Positions 1-8,934 of a stretch of 43,266 nt of DNA are shown here, piece by piece (the first letter of the stretch is position 1; every line of letters begins with the position of its first letter). The notes under the pieces are model-generated. The model searched no databases. It had not been told where the DNA came from and saw only the letters and a list, made by a program, of their open reading frames with translations. Made by a program: the position numbers and the translations under genes. The DNA comes from a virus (lineage: Duplodnaviria > Caudoviricetes), in IMG/VR virus record IMGVR_UViG_3300042814_000014, positions 1 to 43,266 of that record, one strand, 5' to 3'.

Positions 1-1
1 G

Positions 2-136
2 ACCAGGGGGAGACTGGCCAGCATCAGGGTCGGTTACTCGCAGCGCATCGTCGTCAACCCGGACCTCGAGGGACGGCTCAGTCAGCGGCCAGACCTCAAA
101 GCAGCAGAACGCTATGGCCCGCCGGCAGACACGTAA
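2..136 (+). CDS. 3' fragment of a possible excisionase-like HTH protein (5' truncated)
   Basis: Own translation of frame 2: ...GRLASIRVGYSQRIVV...*, resembling the wing motif G-x-L-x-x-x-R-V-G...R-I of Xis/HTH_17 proteins. Confidence 0.35.
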   Translation, partial: TRGRLASIRVGYSQRIVVNPDLEGRLSQRPDLKAAERYGPPADT

Positions 137-692
137 ACGGAAACCGGCCAAGCGGTCGGTCGTTGCCTCTCAGGATAGGGGCGTGACACCGGCGGGCCTT
201 CGCGCGCTCAGCGCCACCGATCGATCGTTCGTCCTCGAATACGACACGAACGGCAACAACGGGACGCGCGCCTATCTGACCGTGTTCCCTGGCGTCAAGG
301 TGACAACCGCGGCGACGGAAGCTTGGCGCCTACTGAGAAACCCTGAGATCCGGGCCTACCTCGAGAGCGTGCAGACGGAGCGATTCAAGCGATTGCAGAT
401 GAGCGGCGATCACGCGCTCGCGCTCACGGGCCAGCGGGCGAATCCAGACATCCGGCAAGCCTACGACGCGGAGGGCAAGCTCCTGCCGGTCCACCTGTGG
501 CCGGACAGCCTGGTCGTCTGCGTTAAGGGCATCAAGCCGGGCCCGTTCGGCGACAGCCTGGTCCTGGTCGACCCGCACGCGGCCAGCCGCACAGTCCTCG
601 AGGTCACGGGCAAACTGAAGAATCCTGGCGCCGCGCTGGGCGCCACGTTGGCGGAGCTGCTCACGGGCACGCCGGCGCCGGACAGCGATTAG
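114..692 (+). CDS. terS: Terminase small subunit
   Basis: N-terminal motif FVLEY...NGTRAY...AATEAWRLLRNPEIRAYL typical of TerS HTH; two genes upstream of TerL. Confidence 0.85.
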   Translation: MARRQTRKRKPAKRSVVASQDRGVTPAGLRALSATDRSFVLEYDTNGNNGTRAYLTVFPGVKVTTAATEAWRLLRNPEIRAYLESVQTERFKRLQMSGDHALALTGQRANPDIRQAYDAEGKLLPVHLWPDSLVVCVKGIKPGPFGDSLVLVDPHAASRTVLEVTGKLKNPGAALGATLAELLTGTPAPDSD

Positions 693-702
693 GAGGAGAG
701 CA

Positions 703-1488
703 ATGGAAGGCATCGATCTGAACAAGGTCAAAGTCGAAGGCTCGGATCCGGCATGTTTGGCGTTTCCCGTTCAAGCGTCCTTCGATGCGTTCGGACTGGT
801 CCCTGGCAGCATGACCGTCCGGACGACTGGAACCGCGCACTGGCCGGCCGTGTCGATTGACGGCGGGCCGCCATCGCAGTCAGGAACGCTGTGGGTCTTT
901 CTGAAGATCGCCGGCCAGTGGTATGCGACGGGCGCGGAGCGGCTCCGTCCGGCGCAGGTCGATGGCGTCAAGCCGGAAGGCTCGCCGACTGATCTGATCG
1001 GGACGGGCTGGCTCTACGCGGCTGATCGCTGGCCGCATATGAGCGGCTACAACCCCGCGCCCGGCGAGCTGGTCGGCCTGTGCGTCGTCGCCGGCTCGAC
1101 GCGCTCCGACAACCAGACGCCCTATAAAGCGCGGACCGACGTCATCCTGGTCCCGTGGCCAGGCGCAGAGGGCCGGTATCCCTGCCCGATTGTCTGGTCG
1201 GAGACGGGCGTCATTCCGCCGGCGCCGCCTGGGCCCGAACCCCCGCCCCCGGCATCCTGCTGGGAGCCGTATGTCGGAGACGATCGCTTCGACCTGGTCG
1301 GCGCGATTCTAGTCAGCGACTACGCGGAAGCCGGGCGCGTGCTCGACGGCCAGAGCGGGCGATGGTTCGGCCGCGTCGTCTGGGATAACGTCGTCGGCGA
1401 CGAGAACCAGCACAAGCTGAGCATGGACGATTCCGTTGCCAAACATCGCGGCGAGTGGCGCGCGGCGCTCGGCCTGCCGCCTCTGTGA
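703..1488 (+). CDS. Hypothetical two-domain protein with Pro-rich linker (possibly cell-envelope or lysis related)
   Basis: Strong SD AGGAGGAG; beta-rich Trp-containing N-domain, PPAPPGPEPPPP linker, helical C-domain ending KHRGEWRAALGL; function not recognised. Confidence 0.75.
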   Translation: MEGIDLNKVKVEGSDPACLAFPVQASFDAFGLVPGSMTVRTTGTAHWPAVSIDGGPPSQSGTLWVFLKIAGQWYATGAERLRPAQVDGVKPEGSPTDLIGTGWLYAADRWPHMSGYNPAPGELVGLCVVAGSTRSDNQTPYKARTDVILVPWPGAEGRYPCPIVWSETGVIPPAPPGPEPPPPASCWEPYVGDDRFDLVGAILVSDYAEAGRVLDGQSGRWFGRVVWDNVVGDENQHKLSMDDSVAKHRGEWRAALGLPPL

Positions 1489-3011
1489 GCACGGTCCTCA
1501 GTCGCGAAGACACGGCCGCGCAGAAGATGCTGCTGACGTGGAAGGCGGACCCGATCCGGATGGTTCGGGAAGCCTTCCACGTCGAGCCGGACGCCTGGCA
1601 GCAGGACGCGCTGATGGCCTATGCGGCGCATCAGCGCGTCGCGATGAAAGCCTGCAAGGGGCCGGGCAAGACGGCCGTGCTCGCATGGATGGGCCTGAAC
1701 TTCCTGGCCTGCTACACCTATCCGAAGATCGGCGCGACGTCGATCACCGAAGACAACATCGACAACAACCTGTGGCCAGAGTTCGACAAGTGGATGCGAG
1801 AAAGCGCGTTCTTTATGCGGACGTTCCGCTGGACGAAGACGCGGATCTTCAACATCGCGAACCCGGAAAACTGGTTCATCGGCAAACGGACCTGGCCGAA
1901 GAAGGCGAACGCGGAGGAGCAGGCGAACACGCTCGCCGGCCTGCACGCGGACAATGTGATGTGGATCGGCGATGAAACTGGCGGCATGCCGCAAGCCGTC
2001 ATGGTCGCGATGGAACAAATCTTTTCGAGCTGCGTCGTCGGCAAGGTGGTCCAGTCCGGCAACCCGACGCACACGACGGGCCCGCTCTATCGGGCCTGCA
2101 CGATCGACCGGGACATCTGGCAGGTCATTCAAATCAGCGGCGATCCCGACAACCCGAAGCGGTCGCCGCGCATCAGCATCGAACACGCTCGGCAGCAGAT
2201 TAAGAGCTATGGCCGCGATAACCCTTGGGTCATGGTCAACATTCTTGGCGAGTTCCCGCCGTCGTCGCTGAACACGCTGCTCGGCGTCGAGGACGTCGAG
2301 CGGGCGATGAACCGGCATCTGACCGAGTCGCAGTATTCGCACATGCAGAAGCGCATCGGCGTCGACGTCGCGCGGTTCGGCGACGATCGTACGGTCATCT
2401 TCCCGCGGCAGGGCCTCGCCAGCTTCCGCCCGATCATCATGCGCGGGGCCAGGACGACGGAGATCGCGGCGCGCGTCGCGCATGCCTCGAATCGCTGGGG
2501 CGCTCGAGGCGGCCAAGTGGAACAGATTTTCGTCGACGATACGGGGCATTGGGGTCACGGCGTCATCGACAACCTGATCACGGCGGGCTATCCGGTCATT
2601 CCAGTCGTCTACCACGCGAAGGCGATCGACCCACGCTACAACAACCGGCGGACGGAGATGTGGCTCCGCGGGGCGGACGCCATCAAGGCCGGCGCCGCGC
2701 TACCGTTGATTCCGGAGATGGTCGCGGAGCTGACCGAACCGACCTACACGTTCGTCAATGGCGTCTTCATGCTCGAGAGCAAGGACCAGATCAAGGAGCG
2801 GCTCCAGTTTTCCCCGGACCTGGCGGACGCCTACTTCGAGACGTATAGCCTCGAGGACATGCCGGGCGAGATGCTGCAGCGCGTCCGCGGGCAGACGAAG
2901 GCCCGCACAGAGTTCGATCCGTATCGCAGCGCCGCCGACGGCCGCGGGCCTGAGATCGGAGACGGCGAGAATGGCCGGGCCCTGATAGACTTCGACCCGA
3001 ATCGGTTGTAA
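1485..3011 (+). CDS. terL: Terminase large subunit
   Basis: Walker A-like ACKGPGKT, Walker B WIGDE, motif SGNPT, RuvC-like IGVDVARFGDD and SPDLADA; GTG start overlaps upstream stop (GTGA 1485-1488). Confidence 0.95.
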   Translation: MSTVLSREDTAAQKMLLTWKADPIRMVREAFHVEPDAWQQDALMAYAAHQRVAMKACKGPGKTAVLAWMGLNFLACYTYPKIGATSITEDNIDNNLWPEFDKWMRESAFFMRTFRWTKTRIFNIANPENWFIGKRTWPKKANAEEQANTLAGLHADNVMWIGDETGGMPQAVMVAMEQIFSSCVVGKVVQSGNPTHTTGPLYRACTIDRDIWQVIQISGDPDNPKRSPRISIEHARQQIKSYGRDNPWVMVNILGEFPPSSLNTLLGVEDVERAMNRHLTESQYSHMQKRIGVDVARFGDDRTVIFPRQGLASFRPIIMRGARTTEIAARVAHASNRWGARGGQVEQIFVDDTGHWGHGVIDNLITAGYPVIPVVYHAKAIDPRYNNRRTEMWLRGADAIKAGAALPLIPEMVAELTEPTYTFVNGVFMLESKDQIKERLQFSPDLADAYFETYSLEDMPGEMLQRVRGQTKARTEFDPYRSAADGRGPEIGDGENGRALIDFDPNRL

Positions 3012-3024
3012 ACGGAGGGACACC

Positions 3025-3162
3025 ATGCTGAAGAAGGGATCGAGCCGCGCGACAATCTCGAGCAACATCCGGGAGCTGGAACACTCCAAGACGAAGGCCG
3101 GCAAGGGCCGGAGCCACAAGCAGAACGTCGCCATCGCGCTGAAGCAGGCCCGCAAGTCTTGA
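3025..3162 (+). CDS. Small basic 45-aa phage protein (LKKG...NIRE...QxVAIAL type), absent from the ORF track
   Basis: SD GGAGGGA; own translation MLKKGSSRATISSNIRELEHSKTKAGKGRSHKQNVAIALKQARKS*; stop overlaps next start (TTGA). Confidence 0.8.
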   Translation: MLKKGSSRATISSNIRELEHSKTKAGKGRSHKQNVAIALKQARKS

Positions 3163-3614
3163 AACTCCGCGCGGCCGCGAGCCTCGAGGACCATCTGGCC
3201 GTGCGACGCATGGGCCGGGCGTTCCTCGAGGCGACACCTTACGGTCCGCTGCTCGAGACGACTGCCGACGACATCGACAACCTGATCGCGATCGTCGACG
3301 CACATCGCGAGCGCGGCCTACTCCTGCTGGCGGTCGACGACCAGGATCAGGCGTTCGGAATGATCGCCATGTTGATGCTGCCGAACCCGTTCAACCGGCG
3401 CCTGGTCGCCGATGAAATCGTGTGGTGGGTCGACACCGATCATCGGGGCGCGCTCCGGGCCGGACCGGCCCTGCTGGACGCCGCTGAGAATTGGGCTCGC
3501 GCTCAAGGGGCTTATCTGGTTAAGATGGTCGCGCCGTTCGGCTCGAAGGTTGCACGCTACTACGATCGCCGCGGCTACTCACCAATCGAGACGACACACG
3601 CGAAGGTGCTTTGA
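3159..3614 (+). CDS. GNAT-fold acetyltransferase-like protein
   Basis: EIVWWVDTDHRG...GPALLDAAENWARAQGA and YYDRRGY match GNAT motifs A and B. Confidence 0.8.
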   Translation: MKLRAAASLEDHLAVRRMGRAFLEATPYGPLLETTADDIDNLIAIVDAHRERGLLLLAVDDQDQAFGMIAMLMLPNPFNRRLVADEIVWWVDTDHRGALRAGPALLDAAENWARAQGAYLVKMVAPFGSKVARYYDRRGYSPIETTHAKVL

Positions 3615-3955
3615 TGGCTGCATTTACGACGGCACTGCTGATCGGCCTGGCGGCCAGCGGCGCGTTCACAGCCGGCTCGAAGCTCGGGGCGAAGAAGCAA
3701 GCGAACGCGGATCAGCAGGCCGCGGACGCGCAGGCGCAACAGGCCACGGGCCCGAACCCGACCGCGAACCAGGTGCCGACGCCACCGCCGTCCACGCCGG
3801 CAGCCGCTTCGAAAGCGTCAGCCTCGGCGACGACGGTCGCGCAGCGGCAACGGAAGCGCGCATCTGCCGGCAACACCATCCTGACCGGGCCGATCGCGTC
3901 GCCGGGTAAAGGGCCCTGGTCGGAAGCCAGGCCGAAGACACTGCTGGGCGCCTGA
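3614..3955 (+). CDS. Small virion/assembly protein preceding portal
   Basis: Hydrophobic N-terminus, QRQRKRA...TILTG and C-terminal KTLLG typical of pre-portal genes in T7/BPP-1-like podoviruses; TGATG coupling at both ends. Confidence 0.7.
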   Translation: MAAFTTALLIGLAASGAFTAGSKLGAKKQANADQQAADAQAQQATGPNPTANQVPTPPPSTPAAASKASASATTVAQRQRKRASAGNTILTGPIASPGKGPWSEARPKTLLGA

Positions 3956-5712
3956 TGGCGAATCCCGACGATTACCTCGACGAACGCGACAAGCGGACGC
4001 GCTACGAGACGCTCGCCGCGGCGCTCTGGACGGAGCGGGCATCCTTCGATTCTCATTGGCGCGAGCTGGGCGATTACTTCATGCCGCGGCGGACGCGGTT
4101 CTGGTCCGGCGATCGCAACCGCGGCGACAAGCGCAACCAGAACATCATCGACAGCACGGCGCGATTCTCCGCGCGCACGCTCTCGAGCGGGCTGCATTCG
4201 GGCCTGACGTCGCCAGCCCGGCCCTGGCTCAAGCTCACTACGCCGGACCAGTCGCTCGCGGAGCTGCCACACGTCAAGGTGTGGCTCGACCTAGTGACAA
4301 AGCGGATCCTGACGCTGTTCGCGACGACGAACCTCTACAACGTCCTGCCGCTGGTGTATCTCGATATGGGCATCTTCGGCACGGCCGCCATGTCGATGGT
4401 TAGTGACACGAAGGATCTCTTTCGCTGCTACTCCTACCCGATCGGCAGCTACGCGCTCGGCATGGATGAGCGCGGCCTGGTCGCGACGTTCGTGCGTCGT
4501 TACGAGATGACCGTCCGTCAGATCGTCAAACAATTCGGCGTGAAGGAAGACGGTCGAACGATCGACTGGTCGCGAATCTCGAGGACCGTCAAAGACTGCT
4601 GGGCGCGCGGCGACTACGAAACGGCGGTCGAAGTGACTTGGCTGGTCAAGCCGAATGACTACCAGGACCGCGGGCGCCTTGAGTCACGCTATGCGATGCC
4701 GTTCGTGTCCTGTTACTGGGAATGGTCCAACGACCATCAGACCTTTTTACGAGAGAGCGGATTCGAGACGTTCCCGATCATGGCTCCGCGCTGGGACATC
4801 ACCGGCGAGGACACCTACGGGACGGACTGCCCTGGCATGACGGCGCTGCCCGACAACAAGCAACTGCAGATCATGCAGAAGCGAAAAGGCCAGGCGATCG
4901 AGAAGCAGGTCAATCCCCCGTTGAGCGGGCCGTCGTCGCTGCGGACGCAGAAGACCAGCCTGCTGCCTGGCGATGTGACCTACGTCGACGTCCGGGAGGG
5001 CATGCAGGGCTTGCGGCCGATTCATGAGGTCGCGATCAACCTGGCGGACATGACGAACGACATGGCACAGGTGCAGTATCGGATTCAGCGGGCGTTCTAC
5101 GAAGACCTGTTCCTGATGCTCGCGCGCTCCGATGAGATGCGCGGCACGCAGCCGCCGACCGCTCGCGAGATCGACGAACGTCATGAGGAGAAGCTGCTGG
5201 CGCTCGGCCCGGTCCTCGAGCGCACGAACGACGAGCTGCTCGACCCGATCGTCGATCGGTCGTATCACCTAATGGAAGCGGCCGGGCTGTTCCCCCCGCC
5301 CCCGCAGGAGCTGCAGGGCGTTCGGCTCAAGGTCGAATACATCAGCATCCTGGCGCAAGCGCAGAAGCTGGTCGGCGTCGTCGGCCAGGACCGTCTGCTA
5401 CAAACAGGCGCCGTGCTCGCGCAGACGTTTGGGCCGGCCGTCGTCGACAAGTTCAATGTGAACCGCATCATCGACAACTACGGCGATATGCTGGGCACCG
5501 ACCCGCAGATCATCCGAAGCGACGAAGAAGCTGACGCCCTGGGCGCGCAGCGGGCCCGCCAGCAACAGATGCAGGCCGGCGCGGAAAACGCGGCGCTGGC
5601 CGCGAAGGCCGCGAAGGATGCCAGCCAGGCGCCGATGACCGGCGATAGCGTGCTCAACCAGGTCGTCGCCGGCGCCGCGCAGCCAGGCGCCGCGGTTCCG
5701 ACCGGAGCGTAG
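3955..5712 (+). CDS. Portal (head-to-tail connector, T7 gp8/BPP-1 type)
   Basis: GLTSPARPW, FGTA, PRW...YG...PG, TAREIDERHEEKLLALGPVLER, VEYIS.LAQAQ motifs. Confidence 0.95.
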   Translation: MANPDDYLDERDKRTRYETLAAALWTERASFDSHWRELGDYFMPRRTRFWSGDRNRGDKRNQNIIDSTARFSARTLSSGLHSGLTSPARPWLKLTTPDQSLAELPHVKVWLDLVTKRILTLFATTNLYNVLPLVYLDMGIFGTAAMSMVSDTKDLFRCYSYPIGSYALGMDERGLVATFVRRYEMTVRQIVKQFGVKEDGRTIDWSRISRTVKDCWARGDYETAVEVTWLVKPNDYQDRGRLESRYAMPFVSCYWEWSNDHQTFLRESGFETFPIMAPRWDITGEDTYGTDCPGMTALPDNKQLQIMQKRKGQAIEKQVNPPLSGPSSLRTQKTSLLPGDVTYVDVREGMQGLRPIHEVAINLADMTNDMAQVQYRIQRAFYEDLFLMLARSDEMRGTQPPTAREIDERHEEKLLALGPVLERTNDELLDPIVDRSYHLMEAAGLFPPPPQELQGVRLKVEYISILAQAQKLVGVVGQDRLLQTGAVLAQTFGPAVVDKFNVNRIIDNYGDMLGTDPQIIRSDEEADALGAQRARQQQMQAGAENAALAAKAAKDASQAPMTGDSVLNQVVAGAAQPGAAVPTGA

Positions 5713-5715
5713 GAC

Positions 5716-6105
5716 ATGGCTGAAGTGCGCGCTGCCGTCAAGAACGCCGCTGACCCGAAGCAAGTCGCACGGGCCGATCGCAAGACGCGCGACGCGCGCC
5801 TCGAGCATCTGGCGAACATCAAGGCCGTCATGAGCACGGTCTACGGGCGCGCGGTCATGTGGCAATGCCTGACGGACGCCGGCGTCTATCGGTCGGTCTG
5901 GGTGCCCAGCGCGGAGATCCACTATCGCGCAGGCCGGCAGGACTTCGGGCATGAGCTGATGGCGACGCTGCTCGAGGCGGACGAGGTCAGCTACGAACAG
6001 ATGGAGCGGGAAGCTCGAGCGCGAGCGAAGCGAGAGAACGACGCCACCGACGCGACGCACATCAAGAGCGCCGCGGACACCGTAGAGGAGCAGACGCAAT
6101 CATGA
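5716..6105 (+). CDS. Conserved post-portal protein (Bbp19-like)
   Basis: VMSTVYGRAVMWQCL..AGVY...GRQDFG..L pattern and position between portal and scaffold. Confidence 0.7.
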   Translation: MAEVRAAVKNAADPKQVARADRKTRDARLEHLANIKAVMSTVYGRAVMWQCLTDAGVYRSVWVPSAEIHYRAGRQDFGHELMATLLEADEVSYEQMEREARARAKRENDATDATHIKSAADTVEEQTQS

Positions 6106-6770
6106 CGCCAGAAGCAGCGACGCCAGCGGCACCGGCCACACCCCAAGCCGCAGCAGCGACCACCCCGGCAGCGCCAGCGGCAGGGGCCGCGGCACCGGCA
6201 GCGACACCGACGCCGGCAGCGGCGGCGGTGGTCCCAGCGGCGGCAGCGACGCCAGCAGCAGCAGGACCCGCGGGCACGGACGGAGCGGCAGCAGCCGCGA
6301 AGAAGGCCCCCGACACCTACGCGCTGACGATCCCAGACGTCGCCAAGGACATCCTCGATCCGGCCGACCTGACGCGCATCGAAAAAGTTGCGCGGGAGGG
6401 CAACCTCAGCAACGAGGAAGCGCAGAGCCTGGTCGAGACGCAGGCGACCATCATCGTTGAGGAGCTGGCGGCGCTCCGCAAGGTGACGGAAGCCGACAAG
6501 GACTACGGCGGCGACAAGCTGGTCGAGACGGAACGCCTCTCGAAGCTGGTCATCGACAAGGTCCGCCCACAAGGGCACGCGCGCCGGGAGGCATTCAACG
6601 CGATGCTCCGGCGTTCGGGCTACGGCAATCACATCGAGGTCGTTTCATTCCTGGCCGACCTCGGCAAACTGATGCGCGAAGATTCTCCGGCGATGGCGGC
6701 GAGCGGCGCCGGCGGGACGTCCAACGTGGATATCGCCGACAAGCTCTACGACAAAACGCCGAAGCAGTAG
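6102..6770 (+). CDS. Capsid scaffolding protein
   Basis: Ala/Pro low-complexity N-terminus, APDTY, GYGNH.EVV..L..LGK.M.ED, C-terminal ADKLY; directly upstream of MCP. Confidence 0.85.
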   Translation: MTPEAATPAAPATPQAAAATTPAAPAAGAAAPAATPTPAAAAVVPAAAATPAAAGPAGTDGAAAAAKKAPDTYALTIPDVAKDILDPADLTRIEKVAREGNLSNEEAQSLVETQATIIVEELAALRKVTEADKDYGGDKLVETERLSKLVIDKVRPQGHARREAFNAMLRRSGYGNHIEVVSFLADLGKLMREDSPAMAASGAGGTSNVDIADKLYDKTPKQ

Positions 6771-6791
6771 GCGCGCAGGGAGCGATAGATC

Positions 6792-7928
6792 ATGAAGTTT
6801 CTTCAGTGGTGTGTGTTCGTCGCGCTGGCGGTCCTGATTCTCGGGACTGATCTCAGCGCGCTGTCAGTCGCCGGCGCCGGGGCGCACGTCCCGGACTGGT
6901 TCAGTCACCTGGCGCTGCCGATCTGCTTCGGCATGGCGGCACTCGGGACCTCGAACCTGAACCTGCTGGATTGGGCGAAACGGCTCGACCCCGAAGGCAA
7001 GACGGCGGTCATCGTCGAGCTGCTCAACCAGAGCAATGAAGTGCTGATGGATATGACATGGCGCGAGGGCAATCTGCCGACCGGCCACCGGACGACCGTC
7101 CGAACCGGCCTGCCGACTGTCGCCTGGCGTCTGCTCAACCAGGGCATCACTCCCAGCAAGTCGACGACCGCGCAGATCGATGAACAGTGCGGCATGCTCG
7201 AGGCGTGGAGCGAGGTCGACAAGGACCTGGCGCTGCTCAACGGGAACCTGCCGTCCTTCCGTCTGTCCGAAGCGCGGGCGTTCATCGAGGCCATGAACCA
7301 GGAGATGACGCGCGTCCTGTTCTACGGCAACGGCGGCGTCAACCCGGAACAGTTCACGGGCCTGTCGGTCCGCTACGGCTCGAGCACGGCCGGCAACGGC
7401 GCGAACGTCATCAAGTGTGGCGGCGCCGGCGCGGACAACGCGAGCATCTGGTTGGTCTGTTGGGGCGACGAAACCATCAGCGGCATCTTCCCGAAGGGCT
7501 CGAAGGCCGGCCTGATTCACGATGACTTCGGCGAAGTGACCGCGGAGGTCACGGCCGGACTGCCGGGCTCGAGGATGCGCGTGTTCCAGGAGCGGTTCCA
7601 GTGGAAGGCCGGGATCGCGCTGAAGGACTGGCGCTACGTCGTTCGCCTCGCGAACATCGACATCAGCGACACCGACGCGGCGAACATCAAGACCATCATC
7701 ACGAACATGGAGACGGCGCTCGAGACGGTCCCGAACCGCCTGGGCAAGCCGGTCTTCTACATGAACCGCACGATGCGGCGCCTGCTCCGACGTGAGGCGC
7801 GCGAGTCGGTCGGTTCCGGCGGCGGCCTGACCTACGAGAACTTCGACGGCAAGCGGATCCTGGTGTTCGGCGACACCCCGGTCCGGCTGGTCGACCAGTT
7901 GATCAACAGCGAGGCGCTGGTCCCGTAG
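6792..7928 (+). CDS. Major capsid protein (BPP-1 Bbp17 / epsilon15 gp7 family) with hydrophobic N-terminal extension
   Basis: HRTTVRTGLP..AWR.LNQG, GMLEA.SEVDK.LA.LNGN...FRLSE.RAFIE, IFPKGSKAGL, DWRYVVR.ANID; family-like core starts at Met48 (6933). Confidence 0.95.
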   Translation: MKFLQWCVFVALAVLILGTDLSALSVAGAGAHVPDWFSHLALPICFGMAALGTSNLNLLDWAKRLDPEGKTAVIVELLNQSNEVLMDMTWREGNLPTGHRTTVRTGLPTVAWRLLNQGITPSKSTTAQIDEQCGMLEAWSEVDKDLALLNGNLPSFRLSEARAFIEAMNQEMTRVLFYGNGGVNPEQFTGLSVRYGSSTAGNGANVIKCGGAGADNASIWLVCWGDETISGIFPKGSKAGLIHDDFGEVTAEVTAGLPGSRMRVFQERFQWKAGIALKDWRYVVRLANIDISDTDAANIKTIITNMETALETVPNRLGKPVFYMNRTMRRLLRREARESVGSGGGLTYENFDGKRILVFGDTPVRLVDQLINSEALVP

Positions 7929-7997
7929 GGTTCTCGAGCGGTTCACTTTCGATCCGGTCCTGGTCGCTTCGGCGGCCGTTTGAAAGGGAGTTCAGCA

Positions 7998-8456
7998 ATG
8001 TATATCGACAGCCTTCTGAGGGTCTGCAGCTCGCAGGCTTTTACGGCCGTCGCCGTGTCCGCCAGCTCGATCGATCTCGGGCTGCCCGGCGGAGTCGGCA
8101 CGCCGACCAAGCGAGAGGTCGCCACGGGCGAACCGATCGGCTACGGGCTCAACGTCAACGTCGCCGCGTCGAGCACGACCGTCCTGGTCGAGCTGATTCA
8201 GGCGACGGATGCCGCGCTGACCGCGGGCATCATCGTCCATTCACAGCGCACGTTCCTGTCGGCGGACATGCCGCTGGGGGCCCTGATCTTCATGCCGCTG
8301 CCGCAGGGCGCGGAGGTCGCGGGCTGGCTGCAGTTCCAGGGCATCAGGGTCACGCCGGCCGGTGGCGCGGCGACCGTGACGTTGTCGGCCTGGCTGACGG
8401 CGCATTCGCTGTTCAGCGTCCTGGCGCGGAGCTACGCCAAGAACTACCTGACGTAG
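7998..8456 (+). CDS. Capsid cement/decoration protein (Bbp16-like)
   Basis: SD AAGGGAG; MYIDSLL...SQA.TA.A.S...IDLG start and ..T.SAWLT end; follows MCP. Confidence 0.75.
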   Translation: MYIDSLLRVCSSQAFTAVAVSASSIDLGLPGGVGTPTKREVATGEPIGYGLNVNVAASSTTVLVELIQATDAALTAGIIVHSQRTFLSADMPLGALIFMPLPQGAEVAGWLQFQGIRVTPAGGAATVTLSAWLTAHSLFSVLARSYAKNYLT

Positions 8457-8478
8457 TCGACGCGCTCGCTCGCATCTG

Positions 8479-8510
8479 GCCGGGCGTCCATTCGGGCGCC
8501 CGGCTCTTTT
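8479..8510 (+). terminator. Intrinsic terminator after capsid genes
   Basis: GCCGGGCGTCC-ATTC-GGGCGCCCGGC stem followed by TCTTTT. Confidence 0.75.
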
Positions 8511-8525
8511 CACATAGGAGCCATC

Positions 8526-8918
8526 ATGGTGAAGAAGGCAGCGAGAAAGAAATCAGTGGCCAAGCCGGCGAGCGCGCGATCCGCGGCGCCGGCGTCGCGC
8601 AAGGCCGTCGAGCCGCTCAAGGTCCGGGCCACGGGCGACGGCTACTACGAGGACGTCTACCGGCGTGCCGGCGACGTGTTCACCATTCCATCCGAACCGC
8701 GCAACCGGAAGACGGGCCTGCCGGCCCTGTTCGGCAAGTGGATGGAGTTCGTCGATCCGAAGACTCCGGACCGGCTGATGAGCCTGGGCAACGCGGCGCT
8801 CCGTCAGGAGAGTTCGCGCGTGCTCGAGGAGAAGGCCGCGCAGAAAGCCGCGGGCGGCGCCGTCGCGACGGGCGTCGACAACCCGGACGACGGCCTGAAC
8901 CCGCTCGGCGCCGAATAG
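8526..8918 (+). CDS. Hypothetical head-associated protein
   Basis: SD TAGGAG; basic N-terminus; KVRA...GYY...RR.GDVF...WME small beta domain often seen after capsid genes. Confidence 0.7.
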   Translation: MVKKAARKKSVAKPASARSAAPASRKAVEPLKVRATGDGYYEDVYRRAGDVFTIPSEPRNRKTGLPALFGKWMEFVDPKTPDRLMSLGNAALRQESSRVLEEKAAQKAAGGAVATGVDNPDDGLNPLGAE

Positions 8919-8934
8919 CCAGCTCGAGGAGACG

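Noticed and set aside
6102-6300. Repetitive GCA/CCG-rich tract
   Set aside because: Encodes the Ala/Pro/Thr low-complexity N-terminus of the scaffold; not a CRISPR or DNA repeat element
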